27,768 nucleotides of DNA from an uncultured bacterium (GCA_965369655.1 CBDUQR010000037.1:1-27768); one strand, 5' to 3'; positions 1-9,862 are shown, numbered from the stretch's first letter. The notes: generated from the sequence alone by a model not told the origin. Numbers and translations are program-made.

Positions 1-3
1 TAT

Positions 4-595
4 TATAGCTGTTCTCAGAATAACTTTCCGATTGCTGTGGTTTTTTGGGTATGTTCGGGGTTGTTGATGACGTCGAGGATGTCTTGGTCGAGGCGGTCAA
101 TGAGTTGGTCGACATTCTTGCATACATAGTTGTTGAACCATCGAGCCTTCATGACCAGCCATATCCGCTCAATAGGGTTGAGATCGGGTGAGTAAGGCGG
201 CAGATACTCCGGTCCCCATCCGTGCCAGTTAGTTGTCTTCCGTTTGTGCCATGAAGCGTTGTCCAGAATGAGGATGTTTTGGGGTCTTTGGAATACTATG
301 GACTTGTCCGCTTCATCGAGGAAGGCCTGAAAGGTCTCCGAGTCGGAGTGGGAAGTTTCGATGGCAAAGAATTCGCCCGTACGCGGGCAGACCATGCCCA
401 TGACGTTCATGCGAAGATGGTCGCCGTTCCTGGTGCTGCGGGTCTTGTTGCCTTTCTTGTCCCAGCGCCGTCTGGGACGCGGATCGCCCTCGAACCCTGA
501 CTCATCGGCAAACCAGATATCCACATCGGGCTCCTGGCAAAGTTCCCCGAGTTGTTGCCGAAACGCCTCTCGTTGGGCTTCGTCCTGACGGTCGG
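4..595 (-). mobile_element. Truncated IS630-family insertion sequence (right end and DDE half only)
   Basis: The transposase stop (15-17) lies inside a terminus reading TA-TAGCTGTTCTCAG, consistent with an IS630 end next to a TA target. The left end is missing. Confidence 0.8.
15..595 (-). pseudogene. IS630 transposase, C-terminal DDE domain; N-terminal HTH region absent
   Basis: The catalytic triad motifs FADESG, ILDNASWH and PDLNPIE are present, as is YLPPYSP. The frame continues upstream of GTG524 (DRQDEAQREAFRQQL) but closes at TAG 615-617 with no proper start. Confidence 0.88.
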
Positions 596-1461
596 ACAGA
601 GATCGTGATGGTGACTATCATTGGAATCAGAGCTTGAGATTTCACAAGACCAATCTTGAGAAGATGTTGAGTCAGCTGCTCATCGACAGGCACTTTTCCC
701 CGTCCGCATTCCGCGCTGGTTGGACTTGGGAGAATAATGAGATGTCCAAATTCTTGGAATCAGTGATCCCATTTGATTTCTCAGGCAACCCACCACTTTT
801 GAGGCATGATTACTTCCATGATCCTGTGAGCAACGTGTTTGATTGGTCTGAAATGCAAGTACGTTGGGGCTATTATCATCCGAGTGAGTCAAATTACCAA
901 CTGCCGGGAGATATGAATAGGGCGGTCTTCGCTTGCCTTTCATACACAATGTTTAATCGCGCGTTGGATCGCGCTTTCACCAGGGCGAGGAGCGGAAAGT
1001 GTGCAGTGGTAGTGGCTGATTACCTTCACAACACAGCCACGATGCTGCCCCACTTGCGGTCTGTTCATGAGGCTCTTATTGACAGGAGCAGCACTTATGG
1101 CGTTGACTTCGTGTTTGTAACTGCATCTGAGCTTGCGAAGATAGCAATTAGCTCAGTCGATTCTTTGGCGCCAAACCTAACGATTTCTGATCAGGAAGTA
1201 CCGTCAGATTCGATACTGACAATAGTCTCTTCTGAACCGTTGTTCGCCGATCCATACGTTGTGGCTCGGTGCGAGGGAATTCCTTATATAAGACTCGAAC
1301 CTGAACGGATCAACGAAACCACATGGACGGTCGAGATTTCTTGTCTGTGCGGTAATTCACTGTTGGGTATTACAGTTGGGGCATGCGATCAGTCTGGAAA
1401 CACGGTGATCGTCTCAAAACGATTGGGTTCCACTGGCACTCCAGAGTATCATACCAACTAA
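592..1461 (+). pseudogene. 5'-truncated gene remnant, possibly polysaccharide-deacetylase-like with a C-terminal beta-rich domain
   Basis: The frame is open from 589 (SDRDRDGDYHWNQ) with no credible start or RBS. The PSAFRAGW motif resembles NodB-type P-x-x-FR-x-G-W. The product call is weak. Confidence 0.5.
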
Positions 1462-1637
1462 GCCCTTTGCTAAGGCACCGTTCTACCTGCAGAATTGGTT
1501 TCCGCGACCTTAGCGATTCAATCGAAAAAGTTTCATTCTTGAACAGCAAAAGAGTGCTCTGTGCATTGTTGGCGCATGATTTCGGTCGATAACTATAATA
1601 GATGTAGGAAGCCGTGATTTTGCTCCGAGGTTGTGTC

Positions 1638-2177
1638 ATGAGTCGATTGACTGTTTTTCTTGCCTTTGCACTGTGCGTTTCTGTTATTCTGATAAGTATT
1701 TCCTCAGCTTCGCAGAATGAAGCCCAGGCTCAACGTTTCAAGCGAGAGCTGTACAGGGTGATTCTCGACAGGGATATCACTGACAGACCGGCCCTCGTGA
1801 CAACATGGCAGAAATATGGCGAGATGAAAGCAAAATGGCGCTCGGAACTCTTTTACGCAGAATTCCCGAGCGAATCGAAATATCGTTACACTTTCAAAGA
1901 AGAACTTGAATGCCGGGCTTTTCTCGCTGAACAGTGGTCGATCATCAGGAAACAAAACTCCAGATTTACTGACTCTTATCTCGACAACCTCGTCAAAGTG
2001 AAGGATTCCCGCTACTTCAGAGAATATATCTACAGCCATTTCAGGAAAGGCTCGTGGCAAATCGATGGCGACAAGTTGTTCCTCGACGAATACAAGAAGT
2101 GGCGGAAGAAGCACCTCAAAGGACCGAAAAAAGAGACCCGCGTCAAGCTGGAGAAGATTGAACTGGCTGAGTGGTAA
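1638..2177 (+). CDS. Secreted hypothetical protein
   Basis: ATG1638 has GAGG upstream. The N-terminus looks like a signal peptide (MSRLTVFLAFALCVSVILISISSA). TATAAT lies at 1594-1599. Confidence 0.7.
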   Translation: MSRLTVFLAFALCVSVILISISSASQNEAQAQRFKRELYRVILDRDITDRPALVTTWQKYGEMKAKWRSELFYAEFPSESKYRYTFKEELECRAFLAEQWSIIRKQNSRFTDSYLDNLVKVKDSRYFREYIYSHFRKGSWQIDGDKLFLDEYKKWRKKHLKGPKKETRVKLEKIELAEW

Positions 2178-2271
2178 GCTGCACAATCTGCCACCCACGC
2201 ACAATATCCACTATTTCTAATCATCTGACCTAATCGAAGTCTGAGTTATTCCGATGTCAACAGAATATCGC

Positions 2272-2299
2272 TTGCCTAATCATCGATGGGATATATATT
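2272..2299 (+). promoter_or_regulatory. Putative sigma70 promoter for the hbd-like/ackA operon
   Basis: TTGCCT-16 bp-TATATT, about 50 bp upstream of ATG2352. Confidence 0.4.
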
Positions 2300-2351
2300 C
2301 CTCGACTGAAAATCGTATGTGCCACAGGCATCAACGAGGCGGGATACTACA

Positions 2352-3245
2352 ATGGATGCTTTCAACAAAATCTGTGTCGTCGGAGCGGGATCGATGGGTC
2401 AGGGAATCTCCCGTGTGGTCGCTGCGACCGGCATCGAAGTCATACTGATGGATAAGGATTTGAATCTTGCGGTCAGGGGCGTAGATCGTATTTCTGATGA
2501 GCTCGACCACGAGATCGCAAGGTGGGGAATTACCGAGTCGGAGAAGCGCGCGATCCTGGCGCGGATCGAGCCGGTCTCCGATTTCAAAGCGATCAAGAAC
2601 GTCCGCATGGTGATCGAGGCAATTCCTGAAGACCTTGAGGCAAAGCGTCTGCTCTTCGCGCATCTCGACAACATCTGCAGATCTGACGCGATCATCGTAT
2701 CGAACACGTCGACGCTGTCAATCACTGAGCTGGCGGCTACCACGAATCGCGCTGACAGAGTTATTGGTCTCCACTTCCTCAAGCCGGTTCACCGGGTGCC
2801 AATTGTCGAGATCGTGCGTGGCCTGAATACGTCCGAGGAGACCGTTGCCGCGATCAGGGAATTTGCTGGCCAGCTCAACAAGACTCCGGTGATGGTGTAC
2901 GAGTACCCGGGGTTTATCGTTACTCGCATCATCGTGCCGTTCCTGAATGAGGCGATGCATGTACTAATGGAGGGGATCGCTTCCGCCAAAGATATCGACA
3001 CGGCGATGAAGATGGCATTCGGCCTCGAGATGGGGCCGCTTCGGCTCGCAGACATGATTGGCCTCGATGAACTGATGCACTGGATGGAGAATCTTCTTCA
3101 TGAGTTGTCCGAGCACAAGTACAACCCTTGCCCGCTCCTGCGCAAGATGGTGCGAGCAGGGCACCTCGGTGTGAAGACAGGCCAGGGTTTCTACAAATAT
3201 GATGAGGATGGCAATGCGATTCAACCGGTGGAGGGAATCCAGTAA
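2352..3245 (+). CDS. hbd: 3-hydroxyacyl-CoA (3-hydroxybutyryl-CoA) dehydrogenase family protein
   Basis: Motifs VVGAGSMG (Rossmann), EAIPE, SNTSTL, GLHF, MGPLRLADMIGLD and LGVKTGQGFY. Confidence 0.9.
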   Translation: MDAFNKICVVGAGSMGQGISRVVAATGIEVILMDKDLNLAVRGVDRISDELDHEIARWGITESEKRAILARIEPVSDFKAIKNVRMVIEAIPEDLEAKRLLFAHLDNICRSDAIIVSNTSTLSITELAATTNRADRVIGLHFLKPVHRVPIVEIVRGLNTSEETVAAIREFAGQLNKTPVMVYEYPGFIVTRIIVPFLNEAMHVLMEGIASAKDIDTAMKMAFGLEMGPLRLADMIGLDELMHWMENLLHELSEHKYNPCPLLRKMVRAGHLGVKTGQGFYKYDEDGNAIQPVEGIQ

Positions 3246-4447
3246 TGAAGGTCCTCGTGATAAATTGCGGTTCGTCGTCGGTCAAATACCAGTTGATCGA
3301 TACGGACAAGAAAGAGAGCCTTGCGAAAGGCGATGTTTCTCGTATCGGAATGACCGGTGCAGTGCTGACGCACAAGCCGGAAGGCGGCGAGATGGTCAAG
3401 ATTACGGGAGAGATGCTTGACCATATCATGGCGATCGAGCAGGTGATAAATGTACTCATGTCGCCTAAGCATGGCGTTATCGGGGACAAATCGGACATCG
3501 ATGCAGTTGGACATAGGGTCGTCCATGGCGGGGAGCAATTTACCGAGTCGGTATTGATCGACGGCGATGTGCTCGTCGAATTGCGGCATCTCATCGACCT
3601 CGCTCCGCTCCACAATCCGCATAATATAAAAGGTATCGAAGCGTGTATGAGGGCGCTGGAAGGCACTGCTCAGGTAGCTGTGTTCGATACTGCACTCCAC
3701 CACCAGATGCCGGACTATGCATATATTTATGGACTGCCGTATGTTTTCTATTCGAAGTACAAGATTCGGCGGTATGGTTTTCACGGTATGTCTCACAGGT
3801 TTGTCTCGGTGCGCGCAGCCGAGATGATGGACAGGCCATATGAGGATCTCAAGATCATCACGGCTCATCTCGGAAACGGCGCTTCTGTCACTGCGCTCGA
3901 CAGCGGTGTGTCGATTGATACGTCGATGGGCCTGACTCCGCTCGAAGGTCTCATGATGGGGACGCGTTCGGGTGATATTGACCCTGCGATAATTCTCCGG
4001 ATCATGGGCACCGAAGAGCTGTCGCTTCATGAAGCGAACACGCTTTTGAACAAGCACTCCGGATTGATGGGAGTCTCCGGTCGTTCGTCCGACATGCGCG
4101 AAATAATCGAATCGATGGACGACGACAGGATGCGGGCGCGCCTCGCGTTTGAAATGTATTGTTACCGGTTGAAGAAATACATTGGATCATACATGGCTGC
4201 GCTCAATGGCGCGGACTGTATCGTGTTTACCGGCGGAATAGGGGAGAACGCTCCCCGTGTCAGGGCTGAGACGCTGAAGAACATGGATTGGTTCGGTGTT
4301 GAACTCGATGACAAGGCCAACGAAGAAGCCGTCGGGTGTGAAGCCGAGATATCGACGAGAGACTCGAAGGTGAAGGTCCTTGTCGTACCAACGAACGAGG
4401 AATTGGTCATCGCGATGGATACAAAAAGGATTGTCAGCGAGCAGTGA
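3245..4447 (+). CDS. ackA: Acetate kinase
   Basis: Motifs VINCGSSSVK, GHRVVHGG, LAPLHN, YGFHG, HLGNGAS, GTRSGDIDP, FTGGIGEN and TNEE. TAATG overlap with the upstream gene. Confidence 0.97.
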   Translation: MKVLVINCGSSSVKYQLIDTDKKESLAKGDVSRIGMTGAVLTHKPEGGEMVKITGEMLDHIMAIEQVINVLMSPKHGVIGDKSDIDAVGHRVVHGGEQFTESVLIDGDVLVELRHLIDLAPLHNPHNIKGIEACMRALEGTAQVAVFDTALHHQMPDYAYIYGLPYVFYSKYKIRRYGFHGMSHRFVSVRAAEMMDRPYEDLKIITAHLGNGASVTALDSGVSIDTSMGLTPLEGLMMGTRSGDIDPAIILRIMGTEELSLHEANTLLNKHSGLMGVSGRSSDMREIIESMDDDRMRARLAFEMYCYRLKKYIGSYMAALNGADCIVFTGGIGENAPRVRAETLKNMDWFGVELDDKANEEAVGCEAEISTRDSKVKVLVVPTNEELVIAMDTKRIVSEQ

Positions 4448-4574
4448 TGGCGGCTTGTCATTGATTTTACGGTGTTAGCGAGGTTAGTTCATAAATCAGC
4501 AGGTTGAAGAGAATGCGGATTTTGTCCGTGCAGTGGAGCATGGGCAATGACTTCTTTGGCATTGGAGGCAGGCA

Positions 4575-5429
4575 TTGAATGAGATAGTCTACAAAAAAGA
4601 CCTATGCCCGAAGATCACTTTGTTCAGGATCAAGACGCCGGAACTTGTCCGGAGAGCGAAGGCGGGGCAGTTCATTATTCTGAGAGCATACGAGGATTCC
4701 GAGAGAATCCCAATGTCGATCGGCGGGCTTGACAGAGACAAGGGCCTGTTGACTATTGTGGTGATGGAAGTGGGCAAGTCGTCCGCTGAGATCGTGAGAA
4801 TGGAAGAGGGTGAGCGATTCCTCGATGTTGTCGGACCTCTCGGCGTTCCCACGCACATCGAAGATTTCGGAGGAACCTGTGTAGTGGTCGGCGGCGGCGT
4901 CGGCATCCCGCCGATTCTCCCAATAGCGGAAGAAATGAAGGAGCAGGGCAACAAGGTGGTTGGAATCATCGGCGCCAGAAGCAAGGACTTGCTGATATAT
5001 GAGGACGAGCTTGGATCTGTCTGCGATGATCTGATCATCACCACGGATGATGGCTCGAAAGGCATGAAAGGGTTCGTCACTAATGCGCTCCAGAAGCTGA
5101 TCGACGACGGAGAAAATATCAAGTTTGTTATGGCGGTCGGGCCGGTTATCATGATGAAGAATGTCGCAAAGACGACTGAACCGCACGGTATCAACACGTG
5201 GGTCTCGCTGAATCCGATCATGGTTGATGGGACCGGTATGTGTGGTGGATGTCGCGTATCTATCGACGGCAAGTCCAAATTCGCGTGTGTTGACGGTCCT
5301 GATTTTGACGCTCACAAGGTCGATTTCGACGAGTTGATGATGCGACAAACGATGTACATTCCGCAGGAGAAAGCGGCATACGAACAGTATCTCCACAAAT
5401 GCAAGATTGGCTTGGGTCGCAACTCGTGA
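4575..5429 (+). CDS. nfnA: NADH-dependent reduced ferredoxin:NADP+ oxidoreductase small subunit (NfnA/SudB)
   Basis: TTG start after GGAGG. Motifs AGQF, ERIP, GPLG, GGGVG and the [2Fe-2S] motif DGTGMCGGCRV...CVDGP. Confidence 0.92.
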   Translation: MNEIVYKKDLCPKITLFRIKTPELVRRAKAGQFIILRAYEDSERIPMSIGGLDRDKGLLTIVVMEVGKSSAEIVRMEEGERFLDVVGPLGVPTHIEDFGGTCVVVGGGVGIPPILPIAEEMKEQGNKVVGIIGARSKDLLIYEDELGSVCDDLIITTDDGSKGMKGFVTNALQKLIDDGENIKFVMAVGPVIMMKNVAKTTEPHGINTWVSLNPIMVDGTGMCGGCRVSIDGKSKFACVDGPDFDAHKVDFDELMMRQTMYIPQEKAAYEQYLHKCKIGLGRNS

Positions 5430-5459
5430 TCTGCCGAACAGACATCGGGGAGGAAGATA

Positions 5460-6899
5460 ATGCCTGATGAACTTGAAGGACTGGTTCTTGGTCAGATAGA
5501 GAAGAAACTGAGAATGAAAATCCCCCGGCAGGTGATGCCGGCTCAGGATCCGGGGGTGAGGAAACATAATTTCGACGAAGTGCCGACAGGTTTTACTCCC
5601 GAGCTTGCTGTGAAAGAAGCACAACGCTGTCTTCAGTGCAAGAAACCGGTATGTATCGATGGCTGCCCGGTTGAGGTCGATATCCCGGCGTTTCTCAACC
5701 TGGTCACAGAGGGTAAATTCAGCGAAGCGGCGAAGAAGATCAAGGAGACGAACTCACTACCTGCGGTATGCGGAAGAGTCTGCCCGCAGGAGGAACAGTG
5801 CGAGATCGTGTGTGTGCTGGCGAAGAAGCATACGCCGGTGGCAATCGGCCATCTCGAGAGGTTTGTCGCCGACTGGGAGCGCGAGCATAACGAAATGGTG
5901 ATTCCCGAAATAGCTCCGCCATCCGGCAAGAGAGTGGCTGTGGTCGGATCGGGTCCGGCAGGTTTGACGGTGGCTGGCGATCTTGTCAAGCTCGGCCACA
6001 GTGTGACTGTGTTTGAAGCGCTCCATAAAGAAGGCGGTGTTCTCGTGTACGGTATTCCGGAGTTCAGACTCCCGAAAGCGATCGTAAAATCTGAAGTCGA
6101 CTTTCTTGCAAGCATGGGAGTGGAATTCAAGACCTCTCACGTGATCGGCAAACTCAAGGGTATCGATGATCTATTTGAGGAGGGCTTCGATGCAATATTT
6201 ATCGGGACAGGCGCAGGCCTCCCGAATTTCATGGGCATTGAAGGTGAAAATTTCAACGGCATCTACTCTGCCAACGAATACCTGACGAGAAGCAATCTGA
6301 TGCGGGCATATGATATGGATGCGGCCGGCACACCGATCATGGCGGGTAAGCGCGTGGCGGTGCTTGGCGGCGGCAACACCGCTATGGATGCTGTCCGTAC
6401 GGGGCTTCGACTCGGCGCTGAGCATGCAGCGATCATTTACAGGCGTTCGAGACAAGAGATGCCTGCGAGAGACGAAGAGATTCACCACGCCGAGGAGGAG
6501 GGCATCGAGTTCCAGTTCCTGACGGCGCCGATCAAGTTTATCGGTAACAACAATGGCTGGGTCAGGCAGATGGAGTGTATCAAGATGGAGTTGGGCGAAC
6601 CCGATTCATCCGGAAGACGTCGCCCTGTCCCTATCGAAGGATCCAACTATATCATGGATGTCGATACAGTGGTTGTCGCTATCGGCAATTCATCGAATCC
6701 GTTAATTCCGCGCACTACGCCCGGTCTCAAGACAAACAAGTGGGGCAATATCATCGCTGATGACGACTCCATGCTGACGTCTCGCAAAGGTGTTTACGCA
6801 GGCGGCGACATAGTCACCGGTGGCGCGACGGTGATCCTTGCAGCAGGCGCAGGCAAGAAAGCAGCACGCGCAATCCACGAATATTTGCAGACTGTCTGA
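5460..6899 (+). CDS. nfnB: NfnB/SudA large subunit (GltD-like flavoprotein with two [4Fe-4S] clusters)
   Basis: Motifs RCLQC...CIDGCP, CGRVCPQEEQC, GSGPAG, YGIPEFRLPK, GGGNTAMD and YRRS. It follows nfnA, and there is no gltB nearby. Confidence 0.92.
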   Translation: MPDELEGLVLGQIEKKLRMKIPRQVMPAQDPGVRKHNFDEVPTGFTPELAVKEAQRCLQCKKPVCIDGCPVEVDIPAFLNLVTEGKFSEAAKKIKETNSLPAVCGRVCPQEEQCEIVCVLAKKHTPVAIGHLERFVADWEREHNEMVIPEIAPPSGKRVAVVGSGPAGLTVAGDLVKLGHSVTVFEALHKEGGVLVYGIPEFRLPKAIVKSEVDFLASMGVEFKTSHVIGKLKGIDDLFEEGFDAIFIGTGAGLPNFMGIEGENFNGIYSANEYLTRSNLMRAYDMDAAGTPIMAGKRVAVLGGGNTAMDAVRTGLRLGAEHAAIIYRRSRQEMPARDEEIHHAEEEGIEFQFLTAPIKFIGNNNGWVRQMECIKMELGEPDSSGRRRPVPIEGSNYIMDVDTVVVAIGNSSNPLIPRTTPGLKTNKWGNIIADDDSMLTSRKGVYAGGDIVTGGATVILAAGAGKKAARAIHEYLQTV

Positions 6900-6927
6900 T
6901 CGAATCTGGTTTCAAAGTTGACAATAC

Positions 6928-6956
6928 GACCGCGGGCTATGCTCGCGGTCTTTTCT
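6928..6956 (+). terminator. Intrinsic terminator after nfnB
   Basis: GACCGCGGGC-TAT-GCTCGCGGTC hairpin (one G-U pair) followed by TTTTCT. Confidence 0.8.
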
Positions 6957-7056
6957 GTGAATGGGCAGGGGTTGCCAGCACTCGATCTGATTCACAGCCT
7001 GATGGCAGGGATTACCTGTGCCTGCACGGCATTAGTCGTCGCAGCCTACAATTAGC

Positions 7057-7085
7057 TTGACATACGTATTTTGTCTGGTTAATAT
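7057..7085 (+). promoter_or_regulatory. sigma70 promoter of the yceD-rpmF-plsX-fab operon
   Basis: TTGACA-17 bp-TAATAT. Confidence 0.7.
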
Positions 7086-7094
7086 CGGAAGTTT

Positions 7095-7631
7095 ATGAGC
7101 GCGAAGCTGAACATACGGCAGCTTAAGACGGGGAAGTCCCGTCATGAGTTTGTCCTCGAAGGACCCGATCTTGAGTTTGACACCACCGACCCGCTTGAAG
7201 TGGTCGGCGCGAAGTTGTGGATAGATGTCGATAATCACGTCGAGGAGATCTATGTGAAGGGCGAAGCCGATGTGACGCTGAAGCTCGAATGCGCAAGGTG
7301 CCTGGAACCTTTCGACTTGAGCAGGGTTCATTCATTAGCGCTTGTGATCAAGCTTGCGCGAAGGGGAGAGATCGGCGGTCCGGATGGGCAGTCGAGCGAT
7401 GATTTTTTCGTGCTGGACGATGGTGCGGATGAATTTGATTTCGTTCCCATCATCAGAGAAAGAATGATCCTCTCGCTGCCGATGAAGCCGCTCTGTTCTG
7501 AGGATTGCAAGGGACTTTGCGCGAAATGCGGGACCAATCTCAACATTGGGAGTTGTGATTGTCCCAAGGACAGCGTTGACGAGCGATTCAGCGCGCTGCA
7601 AGAACTGAAGAAAAGCTACGGAGGAGAGTAG
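7095..7631 (+). CDS. yceD: DUF177/YceD family protein
   Basis: Motifs ECARCLE and LPMKPLCSEDCKGLCAKCGTNLN. It sits in the canonical position before rpmF. Confidence 0.93.
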   Translation: MSAKLNIRQLKTGKSRHEFVLEGPDLEFDTTDPLEVVGAKLWIDVDNHVEEIYVKGEADVTLKLECARCLEPFDLSRVHSLALVIKLARRGEIGGPDGQSSDDFFVLDDGADEFDFVPIIRERMILSLPMKPLCSEDCKGLCAKCGTNLNIGSCDCPKDSVDERFSALQELKKSYGGE

Positions 7632-7635
7632 TAAT

Positions 7636-7821
7636 ATGGCGCTTCCCAAGAGAAGACAGTCACACGCTCGTGGTGCGAAACGAAGGACACACTGGAAACT
7701 TTCGGCGCCCACGTTGACAGTTTGTGCCGAGTGTGGGAGCAAGAAGCTCGCGCATCACATCTGTCCGGAGTGCGGGTACTACGCGGGCAGACAAGTGATC
7801 ACACCGAAGACTTCGGAATAA
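7636..7821 (+). CDS. rpmF: 50S ribosomal protein L32 (zinc-ribbon type)
   Basis: MALPKRRQS...RRTHW, CAECG...HHICPECGYY. Confidence 0.97.
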   Translation: MALPKRRQSHARGAKRRTHWKLSAPTLTVCAECGSKKLAHHICPECGYYAGRQVITPKTSE

Positions 7822-7835
7822 TACGAATCCCGTTT

Positions 7836-8873
7836 ATGTCAATTAGAATTGCCGTAGATGCGATGGGTGGCGACCTCGGTCCTCAGGTTGTGTTGGCCGG
7901 GGCTCATCAGTTCCTTGTCGATTTTCCCGATGCCGACACTGAGATGGTCTTTATCGGTCCGAGGGAAGAACTGTCCGATTTGGTCAGCGATCTCGGATCC
8001 ATGACGGACAAGGTCTCAGTCAGGAATGCTGCTGATGTGATTGCGATGGATGACGCTCCGAAGGAGGGGTTCCGCAAGACGCAGTCATCGCTCGTGATTG
8101 CACACAAGCTTCTCAAAGCGGGCGAGGTCGACGCGGTTGTCTCGACAGGCAATACCGGCGCTATCATGGCGTCTGCGATACACAATCTCGGGAGAATGGA
8201 AGGCGTGACAAGGCCTGCAATAGCCGCTGCCTTCCCGACGTCCACCGATTATCCCTGTATTGTCCTCGACGTCGGCGCCAATGCGGACTGCAAGGTCGGA
8301 AACCTGCTCGAATTCGCCCACATGGGGGCGATCTTCTTTAGCTGCATGGTCGATGTGAAGAATCCGCGAGTCGCTCTGCTTTCCATCGGAGAGGAGAGCA
8401 ACAAGGGCAACGAACTGACAGTCGAGGCGCACAAGCGGATGATGGAGAACGGTCTCAATTTCATCGGCAATGTGGAGGGCAGGGATGTCCTGACCGGAAA
8501 AGCCGACGTCATCATCTGCGACGGCTTTGTCGGTAATGTACTGCTCAAGTTTGCAGAATCTATGAAATCATTTATATTCGGCAAGTTCAAGACACAGGTT
8601 TCGACGAATATTTTCTCTCGCCTGGGAGCCGGTCTGATGACCCCGTTTCTCCGCAGGCTGAAAAAGACATTCGATTATTCGCAATACGGCGGCGCACCGC
8701 TCCTCGGCGTCAACGGCGTTACAATAATCTGCCACGGATCGTCGAACGCTCTCGCGGTAAGAAACGCAGTCTTTACCGCCAATGAGATGGTTGCAAGGAA
8801 TGTAAACGACCATATCGGCAAGGGGCTTTCTTCAATACGCGCCTCGCTCAACCTTAAGGGAAATCTGAAGTGA
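7836..8873 (+). CDS. plsX: Phosphate acyltransferase
   Basis: Motifs IAVDAMGGD, STGNTGA, LDVGAN, GNVEG, DGFVGN and YGGAPLLG. The true start is ATG7836, not 7722. Confidence 0.96.
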   Translation: MSIRIAVDAMGGDLGPQVVLAGAHQFLVDFPDADTEMVFIGPREELSDLVSDLGSMTDKVSVRNAADVIAMDDAPKEGFRKTQSSLVIAHKLLKAGEVDAVVSTGNTGAIMASAIHNLGRMEGVTRPAIAAAFPTSTDYPCIVLDVGANADCKVGNLLEFAHMGAIFFSCMVDVKNPRVALLSIGEESNKGNELTVEAHKRMMENGLNFIGNVEGRDVLTGKADVIICDGFVGNVLLKFAESMKSFIFGKFKTQVSTNIFSRLGAGLMTPFLRRLKKTFDYSQYGGAPLLGVNGVTIICHGSSNALAVRNAVFTANEMVARNVNDHIGKGLSSIRASLNLKGNLK

Positions 8874-9862
8874 CCAGGATAAATGCTGTGATTACCGGTA
8901 CCGGTTCGTATGCGCCGGAGCGAATTTTGACGAATGCCGACTTTGAGAAAATGGTCGAGACCAGCGACGACTGGATTTTCAGCAGGACCGGGATCAAAGA
9001 GCGTCACATAGCATCCAACGGATCGGGCACATCAGAGCTTGCGCTCCGTGCCGGTCAGAGAGCTATGGAACAGGCAGGAATTGGACCGCAGGACTTGGAT
9101 ATGATAATCGTCGGGACGGTGACGCCGGACTACCAGGTGCCTTCAGCAGCCTGTATTGTGCAGGAAAAGATGGGTGCGTTCGGAGCGGCAGCTATGGATG
9201 TGGGCGCGGCCTGCGCGAGCTTTATTTATGGTCTGGCTACAGCTAACGGATTGATTCGTTCCGGACAGTACAAGAGAATTCTTGTCATTGGCGCCGAGAC
9301 GCTTTCTTCGATTACCAACTACCAGGATCGTGGAACTTGTGTGCTTTTTGGTGATGGTGCGGGTGCTGTAATTTTGGAAGCTAAGGAAGGTGATGAGCCG
9401 GAAGGAGTGCTTGGCAGCGTTCTCGAGACGGATGGCAGATACGCAAAGCTGCTCTGGATACCTGTGGGCGGCTCTGTGAGCCCGTTCAAGTCTGGCAGTG
9501 AAGATGAACCGAGAGTGTTCCTCGAAATGAACGGCAATGAGGTATTCAAAGTCGCCGTCAGGGCGATGGTGTCGTCATCGGAGAAAGTCTGTAAGAAGGC
9601 AGGCGTGAAGAAGGATGACATAGCTCTCTTCATCCCTCATCAGGCCAACATCAGAATCATCGATGCGGTCAGGAAACGACTCGGTCTGTCAACAGAAAAA
9701 ATGTTTGTGAATATCGAAAAGTATGGAAATACTTCGTCTGCGTCGGTCCCGTTGGCGCTCGATGAAGCTGTCTCTGCCGGTAGAGTAAAGCAGGGTGATC
9801 TCGTCCTGATGGTGGCGTTTGGCGGTGGACTCACCTGGGGCGCCTCAATCGTACGTCTCTGA
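8870..9862 (+). CDS. fabH: 3-oxoacyl-ACP synthase III
   Basis: Motifs AACASF, LFGDGAGA, PHQAN, GNTSSAS and FGGGLTWG. Confidence 0.96.
   Translation: MTRINAVITGTGSYAPERILTNADFEKMVETSDDWIFSRTGIKERHIASNGSGTSELALRAGQRAMEQAGIGPQDLDMIIVGTVTPDYQVPSAACIVQEKMGAFGAAAMDVGAACASFIYGLATANGLIRSGQYKRILVIGAETLSSITNYQDRGTCVLFGDGAGAVILEAKEGDEPEGVLGSVLETDGRYAKLLWIPVGGSVSPFKSGSEDEPRVFLEMNGNEVFKVAVRAMVSSSEKVCKKAGVKKDDIALFIPHQANIRIIDAVRKRLGLSTEKMFVNIEKYGNTSSASVPLALDEAVSAGRVKQGDLVLMVAFGGGLTWGASIVRL

Noticed and set aside
4477-4494. Possible Rex operator upstream of nfnA
   Set aside because: Only the right half (TTCATAA) resembles the consensus, and it is not palindromic.
4602-5624. Long antisense ORFs (e.g. 4602-5624, 3221-4057, 18158-19162, 17303-17920)
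   Set aside because: They are shadows of well-supported genes on the opposite strand, with no recognisable motifs.
5460-6899. Glutamate synthase small subunit (gltD) call
   Set aside because: There is no gltB, and pairing with an NfnA-type gene favours NfnB.
7722-7835. N-terminal extension of PlsX in the ORF track
   Set aside because: It overlaps rpmF, and family similarity starts at ATG7836.
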